64,000 bases of DNA from Spirochaetia bacterium (GTDB lineage: Bacteria; Spirochaetota; Spirochaetia; CAKZLE01): NCBI GenBank assembly GCA_963677595.1, contig OY782041.1, positions 448,001-512,000 of the forward strand, in the 5' to 3' direction. Positions 25,190-35,690 of the stretch are shown in pieces. The notes below the pieces were generated by a model that was given only the letters and a program-made list of their open reading frames with translations, searched no databases and was not told the origin of the DNA. Position numbers and translations under genes: made by a program. Each line of letters starts with the position of its first letter. The stretch's first letter is position 1.

Positions 25190-28100
25190 AGACCTCCTCG
25201 GTTACTGACAGAGTCTCATTGTCCCTGTCCTCGTTCATCTTCATTCGTTCCAGTACCTTTCGGTAGTCAACGGGGATGACCTTCACGAAGAGCGGGAGCT
25301 GGGCTTCCCAGTTCTCGAGGATCATCTGTGCTACCCGGCTTCCCGTCAGGTCGTAGTGCTCCTGGATGAGTCCCTTGAGCACATACTTGTCATCCTTGCT
25401 CCAGACACCTTCGAGCTCTACCATATCGAGGTTGCACCTGGTATCGAAGAGCTCGGAAGGATCATAGACATAGGCGATCCCGCCGCTCATACCTGCGGCG
25501 AAGTTCTTGCCGGTATCACCGATGACGACCACCGTTCCCCCGGTCATGTACTCACATCCGTGGTCACCCACACCTTCGACTACCGCGGTAGCCCCGCTGT
25601 TCCGGACAGCGAACCGTTCGCCGGCCATCCCGTTGATGTAGATCTCACCACTGGTGGCACCGTAGAGCACGACGTTCCCGCTGATGATGTTCCGCTCTGG
25701 CTTGAATCTGGATCCTTCGGTCGGGGTGAGCACGATCTTTCCGCCGCTCAGGCCCTTCCCCATGTAGTCGTTCACATCACCCTTGAGATCGAGCGTGATG
25801 CCGGGTGCGAGGAACGCACCGAAACTCTGGCCTGCGGACCCCTTCAGCTTTATCGTGAGGGTGTCATCCGGGAGGCCGTCAGGCCCGAACTGCTGCACGA
25901 GCCTGCCGCTGATCGCGGCCCCCACCGTACGGTGGATGTTCCGTATCGGGAACTCGATCGTCGTCGGGGTGGGGTCCTTCCAGAACTTCTTGAGCTCTTT
26001 CTCGATCGCGAGGTCGAGGTCCGTCGGGTGGTTCTCGATGATCTTCTTCGTGAAGTGGAGCACGGGCTTGTCCTCGAGGTGTTCCGCATTGAGGATCTTC
26101 TCAAGGTTCACATGGTTGGCCTTCCACTTGTCGATAGCCGGCTGGAAGTCGAGCAGGTCGACACGTCCGACCATCTCCTCGACACTCCTGAATCCCAGCT
26201 GGGCCATGTACTCCCTGAACTCCCTGGCGACGAACCGCAGGAATGCCTCGGCGTAATCGGCCTTCCCCTTGAACCGTTTCCTCAGTTCAGGGTCCTGGGT
26301 GGCCACACCTACGGGGCAGGTATTGAGGTGGCACTTCCGCATCATGACGCATCCGAGCGTGATGAGCAGGGAGGTACCGAACCCGTACTCCTCAGCACCG
26401 AGGAGGGTCGCGATCGCCAGGTCACGGCCGGTCTTGAGGTGACCGTCCACCTGGACGATGATCTGGCTCCTGAGGTTGTTGAGGATCAGCGACTGCTGGG
26501 TCTCGGCAAGCCCGAGTTCCCACGGCAGTCCTGCATGCTTGATAGCGGTCAGCGGGGAGGCCCCGGTACCGCCGTTCTGTCCTGAGATGAGGACCCTGTC
26601 GGCCTTCGCCTTCGCGACGCCGGAGGCGATGGTCCCGACACCCGCTTCTGATACCAGCTTGACTGAGACCTCGGCACCGCTGTTGACGGTCTTGAGGTCC
26701 TTGATCAGCTGGGCGAGATCCTCGATCGAGTAGATATCATGGTGGGGCGGAGGTGAGATGAGCGTCACACCGGGTGTGGTATGACGGATCTTCGCGATAT
26801 ACTCGGAGACCTTCGCTCCCGGGAGCTGTCCGCCCTCCCCGGGCTTGGCTCCCTGGGCCATCTTGATCTGCAGCTCGTCTGCACTCATGAGGTATTCGGT
26901 GGTCACGCCGAACCGTCCGGAGGCGATCTGCTTGATCCTCGACCGCTTAGAGTCGCCGTTTGGCAGGGGCTTGGACCGTACCGGGTCCTCACCGCCCTCA
27001 CCGCTGTTGCTCTTCGCCCCGATCCTGTTCATGGCGATCGCCACAGTCTCGTGGGCTTCCCTGCTGATCGAACCGATGGACATCGCTGCTGAGACGAACC
27101 GCTTCGTGATTGATTCCAGCGGCTCCACCTCATCGAGAGGTATTGGCTTCGTATCCTTGAAGTGGATCAGGCCCCTGATCTCACCGTTCTCCCGGTAGGA
27201 CTCATCCATGAGGGAGGAGAACTGCTTGAAGACCGAGTAGTCGTTCGTCTTGGTCGCATGCTGGAGCTTGTAGATGGCTTCAGGGGACCAGTAGTGCTTG
27301 ATGCTGTTCCTCCGGTACCGATAGGCACCGCCGGGCTCACGCAGCCTCGGGGCTATCCCGTTCGACGGGTAGCTCTGTTCCATCCTGGCGGCGGCTTCCT
27401 TGTTGAGCTCCTCGAGCCCGACACCGCCGATCCGCGATACGGTACCGGTGAAGTAGGTTTCGATGATATCGTGGTTGAGGCCGACTGCCTCGAAGATCTG
27501 CGTATTGAAGAAACTGTGCAGGGTCGAGATACCCATCCTGCTGAAGGTCTTCAACAGACCCTTCTTGATGGCATTGACATAGTTGTCGGATGCGATCTCT
27601 GGGGTGAGGTGGCCGAGCTTGCCGGTCTCTGCCAGGTCCCTTACGGTAGAGAATGCGATATACGGGCAGAATGCATCACAGCCGAAGGCGATGAGCAGGG
27701 CGAAGTGGAAGACTTCCCTGGCTTCACCGGTCTCGATGATGATACCGATCTTTCCGCGGAGTCCTTTCCTGATCATATGCTGGTGCAGGCCGGAGACCGC
27801 CAGCAGTGAAGGGATCGGGGCCCTTCCCGGGCCTGCGTTCTTGTCAGTGAGGATCAGCAGGGAGGTCCCTGAGTTCGCAAGCTCCTCAGCCTGTTCGAAG
27901 ATCCCGGCAAGGGCAGCTTCGAGGTTCTTCCCCGTCTCGTCCGGCTCGAAGGTAATATCGAGGTCGACGGTCTTCAGGTCCTCATGACTGTTGTTCCTCA
28001 GACGCATCATGTCGCGTGTGCTCAAGATCGGGTGACCGAGCTTCAGTGCCCGGTACTGCGTCTCCTCGATGTCGAGGGGGTTGCTCTCGTTCTCGATATA

Positions 28101-29765
28101 ACTCTCGAGGGACATGACGAGCTGTTCCCGCAGGGGGTCGATCGGCGGGTTCGTCACCTGGGCGAACATCTGCTTGAAGTAGCTGAAAAGGAGGTCAGAA
28201 CGGTTGGAGAGGACAGCGAGCCCGGTGTCGTTCCCCATCGACCCGATCGCCTCCTGGCCCTGTTTTGCCATCGGGGTCATGAGCGTCTTGAGGTCCTCGT
28301 CGGTGTAGCCGAAGAGGATCTGCTTGTGGAGCAGCTCATCCTTGTCCATCTTGGGCACGCCTGACGGCATGAAGAGCCCTCGGAGTTCGATCTTCCGGTC
28401 CTTCACCCATCGCCTGTAGGGATACTGCCTCGAGAGTTTCGCCTTGATGACGTTGTCCGGGACGATGGCATGCTGCTCCAGGTCGACGAGGAACATCTTC
28501 CCCGGCTGGAGCCGGCCCTTACTCCGGACCTGCTCCGCGGGAAGGTCGACGACCCCGGTCTCCGAGGCCAGGATGATCAGGCCGTCCTGGGTCACGGTAT
28601 ACCGTGCCGGCCGCAGGCCGTTTCGGTCGAGTGTTGCCCCGATGTACCTGCCGTCGGTGAAGACGACAGCTGCAGGGCCGTCCCACGGTTCCATGATCGT
28701 GGTATGGTATTCATAGAACGCCCGTTTGTCAGCGCTCATCTGGATCTCTGGGGAATAGGCCTCGGGGATCATCATCATCATGACATGGGGGATAGACCTC
28801 CCTGCCATGGTGAAGAGCTCGAGGACGTTATCGAAGATCGCGGAGTCCGAACCGGACTCATCGATGATCGGGATGATGTCCCGGATCTCGTCCCCGATGA
28901 CCTTGGAGGACATGAAGCCCTCCCTTGCCCGCTGCCTGTTTATGTTACCCTTCACGGTGTTGATCTCACCATTGTGGGCTAGATACCTGAAAGGCTGTGC
29001 AAGCCTCCACTCGGGGAGGGTATTGGTACTGAACCGTGAATGGACGATCGAGAAGGGGCTGGTGAAGTACTCATCAGAGAGGTCCGGGTAGTACTCCGGC
29101 ACCTGGTCCCCAGTGAGGAGTCCTTTATAGACGATGACGGTGTGCGAGAGACTGCAGATGTAGAACTGGCTCAGATCAAGGTCCTTGGGTTTCTCAAGCG
29201 CCTTCTCGATCCTCCGGCGCAGGACATAGAGCTTCCGCTGCAAACATTCACGCTCCTGACCGGGCATCGTGATGAAGAACTGCTTCACCTGCGGCTCGGT
29301 GGAGAGCGCGAGCTCTCCCAGGCAGGACCCGTCCACCGGTACATCCCGCCAGCCGAGCAGGTTGAAGCCGTTCGCGGCGATCACTTCCTCGGTTGTCTGG
29401 ACACAGACTGAGGCGGCATGGGGCTCGGAGGGGATGAAGGTCATCCCGACTGCATAGCATTCATCCTCAGGGAGGGTGAAATCCACGATCACCTTGCGGA
29501 AGAAGGCATCAGGGACCTGGCACATGATGCCTGCCCCGTCACCGGTGAGGGAGTCCCCTCCGACAGCACCACGGTGCTGCAGGTTCTTGAGGACCTGAAT
29601 CCCTTCCTGTATGATGGAATGGCGGGGTTCGCCATCCAGATGCGCGATAAAACCCACTCCACAACTGTCATGCTCGAAGGAGGGATCGTACAGCCCGTAG
29701 GATCCTTTCCTGCCGGAAGCATTGCGGTTTTCCGCAAATCGTTGCCCAGGATTGATTTGTTGCAT
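25179..29765 (-). CDS. gltB: Glutamate synthase large subunit
   Basis: EHDSCGVGF, HNGEINT, EPWDGPA, QGAKPGEGGQLPG, SPPPHHDIYSIEDL and CHLNTCPVG motifs. Confidence 0.97.
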   Translation of the reverse strand: MQQINPGQRFAENRNASGRKGSYGLYDPSFEHDSCGVGFIAHLDGEPRHSIIQEGIQVLKNLQHRGAVGGDSLTGDGAGIMCQVPDAFFRKVIVDFTLPEDECYAVGMTFIPSEPHAASVCVQTTEEVIAANGFNLLGWRDVPVDGSCLGELALSTEPQVKQFFITMPGQERECLQRKLYVLRRRIEKALEKPKDLDLSQFYICSLSHTVIVYKGLLTGDQVPEYYPDLSDEYFTSPFSIVHSRFSTNTLPEWRLAQPFRYLAHNGEINTVKGNINRQRAREGFMSSKVIGDEIRDIIPIIDESGSDSAIFDNVLELFTMAGRSIPHVMMMMIPEAYSPEIQMSADKRAFYEYHTTIMEPWDGPAAVVFTDGRYIGATLDRNGLRPARYTVTQDGLIILASETGVVDLPAEQVRSKGRLQPGKMFLVDLEQHAIVPDNVIKAKLSRQYPYRRWVKDRKIELRGLFMPSGVPKMDKDELLHKQILFGYTDEDLKTLMTPMAKQGQEAIGSMGNDTGLAVLSNRSDLLFSYFKQMFAQVTNPPIDPLREQLVMSLESYIENESNPLDIEETQYRALKLGHPILSTRDMMRLRNNSHEDLKTVDLDITFEPDETGKNLEAALAGIFEQAEELANSGTSLLILTDKNAGPGRAPIPSLLAVSGLHQHMIRKGLRGKIGIIIETGEAREVFHFALLIAFGCDAFCPYIAFSTVRDLAETGKLGHLTPEIASDNYVNAIKKGLLKTFSRMGISTLHSFFNTQIFEAVGLNHDIIETYFTGTVSRIGGVGLEELNKEAAARMEQSYPSNGIAPRLREPGGAYRYRRNSIKHYWSPEAIYKLQHATKTNDYSVFKQFSSLMDESYRENGEIRGLIHFKDTKPIPLDEVEPLESITKRFVSAAMSIGSISREAHETVAIAMNRIGAKSNSGEGGEDPVRSKPLPNGDSKRSRIKQIASGRFGVTTEYLMSADELQIKMAQGAKPGEGGQLPGAKVSEYIAKIRHTTPGVTLISPPPHHDIYSIEDLAQLIKDLKTVNSGAEVSVKLVSEAGVGTIASGVAKAKADRVLISGQNGGTGASPLTAIKHAGLPWELGLAETQQSLILNNLRSQIIVQVDGHLKTGRDLAIATLLGAEEYGFGTSLLITLGCVMMRKCHLNTCPVGVATQDPELRKRFKGKADYAEAFLRFVAREFREYMAQLGFRSVEEMVGRVDLLDFQPAIDKWKANHVNLEKILNAEHLEDKPVLHFTKKIIENHPTDLDLAIEKELKKFWKDPTPTTIEFPIRNIHRTVGAAISGRLVQQFGPDGLPDDTLTIKLKGSAGQSFGAFLAPGITLDLKGDVNDYMGKGLSGGKIVLTPTEGSRFKPERNIISGNVVLYGATSGEIYINGMAGERFAVRNSGATAVVEGVGDHGCEYMTGGTVVVIGDTGKNFAAGMSGGIAYVYDPSELFDTRCNLDMVELEGVWSKDDKYVLKGLIQEHYDLTGSRVAQMILENWEAQLPLFVKVIPVDYRKVLERMKMNEDRDNETLSVTEEVYDG

Positions 29766-29990
29766 ATAGTCTCCTATCGATAGAATTGTATATTTATACA
29801 AAAATTATGCATATTTACTAAGGTTAACGTATATTATTCAATAAAACAGGTTTTGGTCAATAGTCCAACACCCGGTGAACAACCCACTAGATTATTATAA
29901 TAAATAGAATTAAGATCACGTTTTTAGGTATACAGAAAAATAGCCCATGGGGTATTTATATATTCCACATGATGACTGAAAAAGATGCGT

Positions 29991-30038
29991 AAAAAAGAAA
30001 AACCCTTCCCGGGATATTTTCATATGCCGGAAAGGGTT
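29991..30038 (-). terminator. Intrinsic terminator
   Basis: AACCCTT..CCGG/CCGG..AAGGGTT stem with a minus-strand T-rich tail. Confidence 0.6.
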
Positions 30039-30057
30039 CAAGTATAGCAGGAAAACC

Positions 30058-31110
30058 CTAGTACTGGGAAGCCGCCTTGAGGTATTCTGCCTTCACATTC
30101 TTCAGTCTCAGGAGTTCTGTATAGGCATCCGGTGAATGCGTGGCATCATGGACCTCCTCCATGATGGCGATCGCCTGGTCGAACTGGCCGAGGACCTCAT
30201 AGACGATAGCAGCATTGAAGCCGGCAGCCATGTTGGTGCTGCTGTACCAGAGATCAAGGTAGATATCGAGGGCCTGCTGGTACTGGGAGTTCTTGATCAA
30301 CTCTTCAGCCATCTCGGATCTTGGGTTCTTGGTCTCATCCTTCTTCAGGGACCGGTACTCACGTACGTAGTAGGGAGCAAGCTGCCTGCTGATCGTCGAC
30401 TCGAAGCCCCTGATGATGTTCTGGTAGAGCGGCTCGAGCAGCGGTGCGGTGAAGGTGTTGGCATTCTCTATGAGGGTAGACCGGCTGTTCTCCCCTGAGA
30501 GGTACTTGGTAGCGAGGATCTGTCCCCGCTTCAGGTCGATGACCGTGTAGCTGACGCCGAGCTCGACTTCCTGCACGAAGTAGTTCTCGATGAAGATATC
30601 GAACTGCTGGGTCGTGTCGTTCCAGACGCTCTTCTCCCGTTCCTGGACCTGTTCGTAATAGTCAAGGTCCTCGATCGTACCCAGGATAGCGGCCTCGATC
30701 CCAAGATTCTCGTAGAGGATCCGGTTGGTGACGATCGCTGATGCCGCAGAATGCTGGTACGGCCTGATCTGGTCCTGGGAGACCACCGTGAAGTAGTTGG
30801 TCCGGTTGAGGGTGCTGATGGTCCTCTCCGTCATGTAGTCGGCCACATCATCATCAAGACCGATACGGTAGCCGGTGGTGGTGAAGTCATCCGAGTTGCC
30901 AAACAGGATATCGAGGATCAGCTTCCCGGCGAAGACCTCGTCCGAGATCTCGTAGGGATCGTAATCGAAGACTGCCAGGGTCCGGTAGTCAGCCATGTTC
31001 ACTTCAGCCGGCTTGAGGACATCGAATCCGATGGTCGTCGCACAGCCGGTGAACGCCAGGGTAAGCAGTATCAGGAGGATACCGGTACAGGTCACTTTTT
31101 TCATACTCAT
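30058..31110 (-). CDS. Lipoprotein with C-terminal TPR-like helices
   Basis: Lipobox FTGC; AAGFNAAIVYEVLGQFDQA TPR-like segment. Confidence 0.65.
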   Translation of the reverse strand: MSMKKVTCTGILLILLTLAFTGCATTIGFDVLKPAEVNMADYRTLAVFDYDPYEISDEVFAGKLILDILFGNSDDFTTTGYRIGLDDDVADYMTERTISTLNRTNYFTVVSQDQIRPYQHSAASAIVTNRILYENLGIEAAILGTIEDLDYYEQVQEREKSVWNDTTQQFDIFIENYFVQEVELGVSYTVIDLKRGQILATKYLSGENSRSTLIENANTFTAPLLEPLYQNIIRGFESTISRQLAPYYVREYRSLKKDETKNPRSEMAEELIKNSQYQQALDIYLDLWYSSTNMAAGFNAAIVYEVLGQFDQAIAIMEEVHDATHSPDAYTELLRLKNVKAEYLKAASQY

Positions 31111-31275
31111 ACTCCATTTGGTAAGCTTGAGCCCATTATACCACAGGAGGGCACTCCGGCAGGAGGCCTTTCTGTGAAGATTCTGGATCTCATTGTTCTC
31201 AACCGATCCGGAGAATCCCGGATCACACTCTCTCCACTACTGCTAACCATCAATCATGCGCAAAGGTTACACCTC

Positions 31276-32016
31276 TCAAGATACTGGCCAGACCCCGCGC
31301 TCCTGCAGCTGTTTCTCAGCGGCTTCTGCCCAGCCCCGGTTAGCGATGGGGCTTGCGGGACTCGGGTGCAGCACCCAGGTCACTCTCGGCTTGGCGCTGT
31401 CGGGGAACTCCATCCCTGCCAGGATGGAAGCGAACTGCTTCTCGGCATACTTCCCCACCCCGACGAGGATCTCTGGTTTCATCATCCTGATGACCTCCCT
31501 GACGTAGCGGTCGCAGACAGCCTCCAGCGGCTCCCTGTCCGATTTCAGGAGCTTGTCCGGGGTGAGGTTCTTCCCGCTCGGTTCCATGAACACCAGCGGG
31601 CAGTAGTTGAGGACGAAATGGGCAGCGAAGAAATCGTCCGGGTCGGGGTACTTCTGCGACATCAGGCCCCAGAGCCGCTGCCCGCTCACCTCGCTGCGTG
31701 TCGTGTAGAATCCGAGGATCGGCCGTTTCGGGTGTTCTCCCCGCGGTTTCCCGACCTTCTCCTCGATCCCCATCCAGTCCCGTACGGCATTGATCTCGCC
31801 GAAGGGGACCCCGGTCTGGGCCATACCCCAGGGGCCGGGATTCATCCCTAGGAAGATGATCTTCTTCTTTCCCCGCCCGAAGCGCCTCAGGTAGGCCGCA
31901 TGGGCTTCCCAGGCATAGGTCAGGGGGTTATATACGGTGAGGTCGTCACGGCTGAAGGAGAGCCGGTCGACCTCGTCCGAGAGTACGTTCGTTCGTGCAA
32001 GCAGTTCTTCGATCAT
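31276..32016 (-). CDS. SMUG1-type (family 3) uracil-DNA glycosylase
   Basis: GMNPGPWGMAQTGVPFG, SEVSGQRLW, NYCPL and HPSPASP signatures. Confidence 0.9.
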   Translation of the reverse strand: MIEELLARTNVLSDEVDRLSFSRDDLTVYNPLTYAWEAHAAYLRRFGRGKKKIIFLGMNPGPWGMAQTGVPFGEINAVRDWMGIEEKVGKPRGEHPKRPILGFYTTRSEVSGQRLWGLMSQKYPDPDDFFAAHFVLNYCPLVFMEPSGKNLTPDKLLKSDREPLEAVCDRYVREVIRMMKPEILVGVGKYAEKQFASILAGMEFPDSAKPRVTWVLHPSPASPIANRGWAEAAEKQLQERGVWPVS

Positions 32017-32027
32017 CAGGGTAGTCC

Positions 32028-33458
32028 CTACTCCTCACTCATGCCGTGGCGGTACCATCGCCTGCCGGGCTGAGCGATGCCTCGCTTCCTGGAGATGACG
32101 AAGAAGGAGATGACGACGAACAGCACATAGGCCAGGCAGATGAGGAGGGCAAGCCAGAACAGCCCCGGGTTGTCCCTGGACACGCTGTAGGCCGGGAGGT
32201 TGATGCTCAGGATCAGCGGGATCGCGAAGACGAAGGTCAGCCCGCTCGAGTACATGTAGTCTGAGGCGACCGGGGTCTCGAACTCGGGGTCGATGACCCG
32301 CAGGAGGGCCAGGCCCGTAGGCATGGTACCCGTCGATGCCCCGAAGATGATGAGCGAACGGTGGAACTGGTGGTCGACGAACATGCGTGAACAGATCCAG
32401 GGCAGCGTGAAGTAGGCAGAGATCCCCCCGAAGGTGGTGAGGATCAGGATCGGCAGCCAGTAGTGGGCGACGACGACGAGCGAGATAGCCGCGATCGAGG
32501 CTGTCACCATGATATCGACGGAGATCCCGGAGATCCTCGTCATGGTCCCGTTGTCTACGACATACTGGAGGTTCGTCTTCCCGAGCAGAGCCTTCACCAG
32601 GAGGGCCGTGAGGGCGGAGAAGATGAAGTTGATCCCCCAGAGGTTGGTAGCCAGTTCGTTCCCGAGGTTCCCGAAGACCGACAGCAGCAGGGTGAGCAGG
32701 TGCAGCAGCCCGTATGCCAGCAGGTAGACGGCGAATACGAACGCCATGTTGAAGGTCATGGAATCAATGGCCTCTGACTCCGTGGAAAGATGTCCGGCTG
32801 CAGGCCGTTTCTTGTCACGTCCGAAGATACCGCTCGAGGTGTCCTTGTTCCGGATCTTCTCGACCTCCTCCTCTGAGATCCAATGGCGCTTCAGCCCGAG
32901 GTTGATCAGGAAGATACCGCCGAAGCAGCCCCAGAGGAAGCCGATGGCAGCGAAGGTGAGGCCCGTGGACCCTGCACCATCGAATCCGAGGGCTTCCCAC
33001 CCCGTCCCGATGGTATAGGCCTGTCCCGGCCCGAGCACGAAGCCGAGCGGCAGGGCGAACCCTATGGCGGGGAAGAGGTCCGGCATGATCGTGTTGATCA
33101 GCAGTGCGACGATCAGCAGGCCGCCGACACACTGTATGGCGTACTGCGACAGTACCCCGATACTGGTCGGGAAGATCCGCTTCTTCATCGCCTGTGTCGC
33201 TTTCGGCGACTTCCGTAAGGTCATGGCGATGAAGGAGAGGTTGAGCAGGTGGTAGACCAGCTGCCCGAGCGAGTCGGTCCCGAGGGCGAACTTCGGGGCA
33301 ATGAAATTATAGAAGACCAGCAGGATGAACCCGGCGGTCAGGGCATTGGGGATCAGGAACTTCTGGAAGAATGAGACTTTCGACCTGATCGCCGATGCAA
33401 GGAGCAGGGCTGATGAGAGGATCCCGAGATGGATGAGCAGTGTCCAGTTATAATCCAT
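32028..33458 (-). CDS. Sodium:glutamate symporter (GltS/ESS family)
   Basis: FQKFLIP, GPGQA and TGLALLRVIDP motifs; many TM segments. Confidence 0.75.
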   Translation of the reverse strand: MDYNWTLLIHLGILSSALLLASAIRSKVSFFQKFLIPNALTAGFILLVFYNFIAPKFALGTDSLGQLVYHLLNLSFIAMTLRKSPKATQAMKKRIFPTSIGVLSQYAIQCVGGLLIVALLINTIMPDLFPAIGFALPLGFVLGPGQAYTIGTGWEALGFDGAGSTGLTFAAIGFLWGCFGGIFLINLGLKRHWISEEEVEKIRNKDTSSGIFGRDKKRPAAGHLSTESEAIDSMTFNMAFVFAVYLLAYGLLHLLTLLLSVFGNLGNELATNLWGINFIFSALTALLVKALLGKTNLQYVVDNGTMTRISGISVDIMVTASIAAISLVVVAHYWLPILILTTFGGISAYFTLPWICSRMFVDHQFHRSLIIFGASTGTMPTGLALLRVIDPEFETPVASDYMYSSGLTFVFAIPLILSINLPAYSVSRDNPGLFWLALLICLAYVLFVVISFFVISRKRGIAQPGRRWYRHGMSEE

Positions 33459-34698
33459 TATTACCTCCGATGGTTATTTCTTTCGTTTCGTTCTCCTGAA
33501 TTGCTTCATATACGGCAAGGTACTTGTAGGCGGATGCCCTCGGTGCCGGGAACTTGAACCGGTACATGGTGTTCTCATGGTAGAACTCCAGGTTCCGCTG
33601 CATGGCGACAGCAAAGGACTCGATCTCGGTGAAGGGGAAGAAGGATTCCTCACCCTTCATCTTCATGGACAGTCCCTTGACCGTCATGTTCACCTCAGCG
33701 GTCCCGAGGACCTTCATCCTCCGGTCCCGGTACCCCTCGAACACCCGGACGGTATCACCGGGGAAGATGAGGTCCTCCGGTTTCCAGTGATCGTCCCGCA
33801 GACGCTCGGCAAGGGTCTCCTGCTGCCAGATATTCCAGTCCGAGACGGTCTCGAACCCGCGGGTACTCCCTTCATGGGAGAAGAACCCGTAGGGGTCCAT
33901 CGTTGCGGTATACCCGCAAGAGGTGCAGGAGACATCATTGCCGAGGGAACGCATGCTGGCCATCTTCCCGCACTCCGGGCAGATATAGAGGACATGCTCC
34001 ACGTACTGGGCACGCTCATCACTCTTGAAGATGGTCCGCTCCCTGCGCTGCACCTTATAGGCGTCCTGGTAGATCCGTTCGGTAAGCATCTTATCGATCT
34101 CGCTCACCTTCATGCCTGCGAAATCCTCAGGCATGATCGGGTCCTGGTAGGAGATGGTCAGCTTCCCCTTCCGCCGTTTCGCAGCCCATCTCGGGAGGGT
34201 GAAATACCCCCCGTCCAGGGTCATGATGACGACCGGGACCTTGAGCATCCGCACCAGCTTCGCCGTCGCGTAGAAGAGCGGGAGCCCCCGCCCGTCCCAG
34301 GTCCGCTGTCCCTCGGGGAACATACCGACGACCCAGCCCTTCTTCACGCTCTCGGTGATCTGCTTGATGGTATAGTAGTCGGACCTCGATTTCGATTTGG
34401 AGATGGAGCCGATCAGCCTCCTGAGCAGGTACCGCAGGTACTTGTTCCTAAAGAGGGTGTCAGCCGCCACCCAGTGGATATGGCGGTTATGCATCAGGGA
34501 GATCAGGATCGGGTCATATGTGTTGACGTGGTTGGAGAGCACCAGGTAGGGGGGCTTGAGCGCGAAGCTCTTCCCTTCATTGTGCGTGCTCATATTATAC
34601 ATGGGTCTCATGGGGATCCTGTAGAGATTCTTCACGACCGTGACGAATCTCCTGGAGACCGTCACTTCCCGATCATCTTCTGGCTTGAGCTCATTCAT
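33448..34698 (-). CDS. PlsC-like acyltransferase with C-terminal Cys-rich extension
   Basis: NHVNTYD (HX4D) and FPEGQR motifs; CPECG..CTSCG. Confidence 0.85.
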   Translation of the reverse strand: MNELKPEDDREVTVSRRFVTVVKNLYRIPMRPMYNMSTHNEGKSFALKPPYLVLSNHVNTYDPILISLMHNRHIHWVAADTLFRNKYLRYLLRRLIGSISKSKSRSDYYTIKQITESVKKGWVVGMFPEGQRTWDGRGLPLFYATAKLVRMLKVPVVIMTLDGGYFTLPRWAAKRRKGKLTISYQDPIMPEDFAGMKVSEIDKMLTERIYQDAYKVQRRERTIFKSDERAQYVEHVLYICPECGKMASMRSLGNDVSCTSCGYTATMDPYGFFSHEGSTRGFETVSDWNIWQQETLAERLRDDHWKPEDLIFPGDTVRVFEGYRDRRMKVLGTAEVNMTVKGLSMKMKGEESFFPFTEIESFAVAMQRNLEFYHENTMYRFKFPAPRASAYKYLAVYEAIQENETKEITIGGNNGL

Positions 34699-34877
34699 TA
34701 TGGTTACATCCCTATACGCTGTGTTTTTAAAATAGTAACCTGTTACGGGAAATATAGCAATGATCGATTAAGAAAACCGGACACTGCAGGGACCGAGAGA
34801 GTTTTCTGATACTTTTACCAGTTGCCTCACATTTTCTCATGGCAGGATCCCCGCTTATATGCTACAGTACTCTGACC

Positions 34878-35618
34878 ATGGATTACAAAGCAGTGATATT
34901 CGACAAGGACGGCACCCTCTTTGACTATTATACCGTCTGGGCCCCCGTGTTCCGGGACCACATGGACATCCTCCTCCACAAGCTTGGCAGGAGCGGTGAC
35001 GAGCGGCTGAGGGGAGAGATCCTGAACATGCTCGGGATCGATACAGACGGCATCAACCCCGACGGCCTCATCTTCAGGCATAACGGCCCGCTGATGCTCG
35101 TCACCCTCTACATCTTCAGCAAGCGAAACAGGATCTCCTACCCCACCCTCATCCAGGGCTTCAGGGAAGGCTTCGAGGAGGCCAAGAACCTGATCAAGGA
35201 GTCCCTGGTGAAGCAGACCGACCCCGAATCCCTCATCCCCCTCTTCAGGAAGCTGAAGGAGGCAGGGTACCTCATCGGGATCGTCACGAGCGACAATTCT
35301 GAGAGCACGAAGATCTGCCTTGACCATTTCCAGATCACCCCCTACATCGACATGATCTCCACCTACGATGACCATTTCAAGAAGAAGCCCCACCCCCAGT
35401 CCTTCGAGGCATTCTGCAGGAAGTTCTCGCTGAAACCGGGGGAGGTCATCGTCATCGGGGACGCACCGGTCGACATGACCTATGCGAAGCGGGGCGGGGC
35501 CGGCTACAAGATCGGCGTACTCACTGGTTCAGGGGACCTCAAGCGGCTCCAGAAAGGTGCCGACGTGATCTATGAGGATATTTCCTCGGTCATGGATGAC
35601 CGAAAGATCTTCGCCTGA
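34878..35618 (+). CDS. HAD family phosphatase
   Basis: IFDKDGTL, VTSD, KKPHP and IGDAPVD motifs. Confidence 0.88.
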   Translation: MDYKAVIFDKDGTLFDYYTVWAPVFRDHMDILLHKLGRSGDERLRGEILNMLGIDTDGINPDGLIFRHNGPLMLVTLYIFSKRNRISYPTLIQGFREGFEEAKNLIKESLVKQTDPESLIPLFRKLKEAGYLIGIVTSDNSESTKICLDHFQITPYIDMISTYDDHFKKKPHPQSFEAFCRKFSLKPGEVIVIGDAPVDMTYAKRGGAGYKIGVLTGSGDLKRLQKGADVIYEDISSVMDDRKIFA

Positions 35619-35690
35619 CGCATCGCCAACTTGTACAAGTATAAGAATCTCTATAGATTATGAACTATCAAGCGTTCCAGGGGAAAGACC

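Noticed and set aside
25356-29411. Long + strand ORFs inside gltB, and similar ones opposite plsC, mtaD, umuC and the barrel gene
   Set aside because: Typical stop-poor antisense frames of GC3-rich genes with no recognisable motifs.
31171-31230. Inverted repeats (GATCCGG..CCGGATC) as an ncRNA
   Set aside because: Best explained as a 3' hairpin of the SMUG1 operon; no family features recognised.
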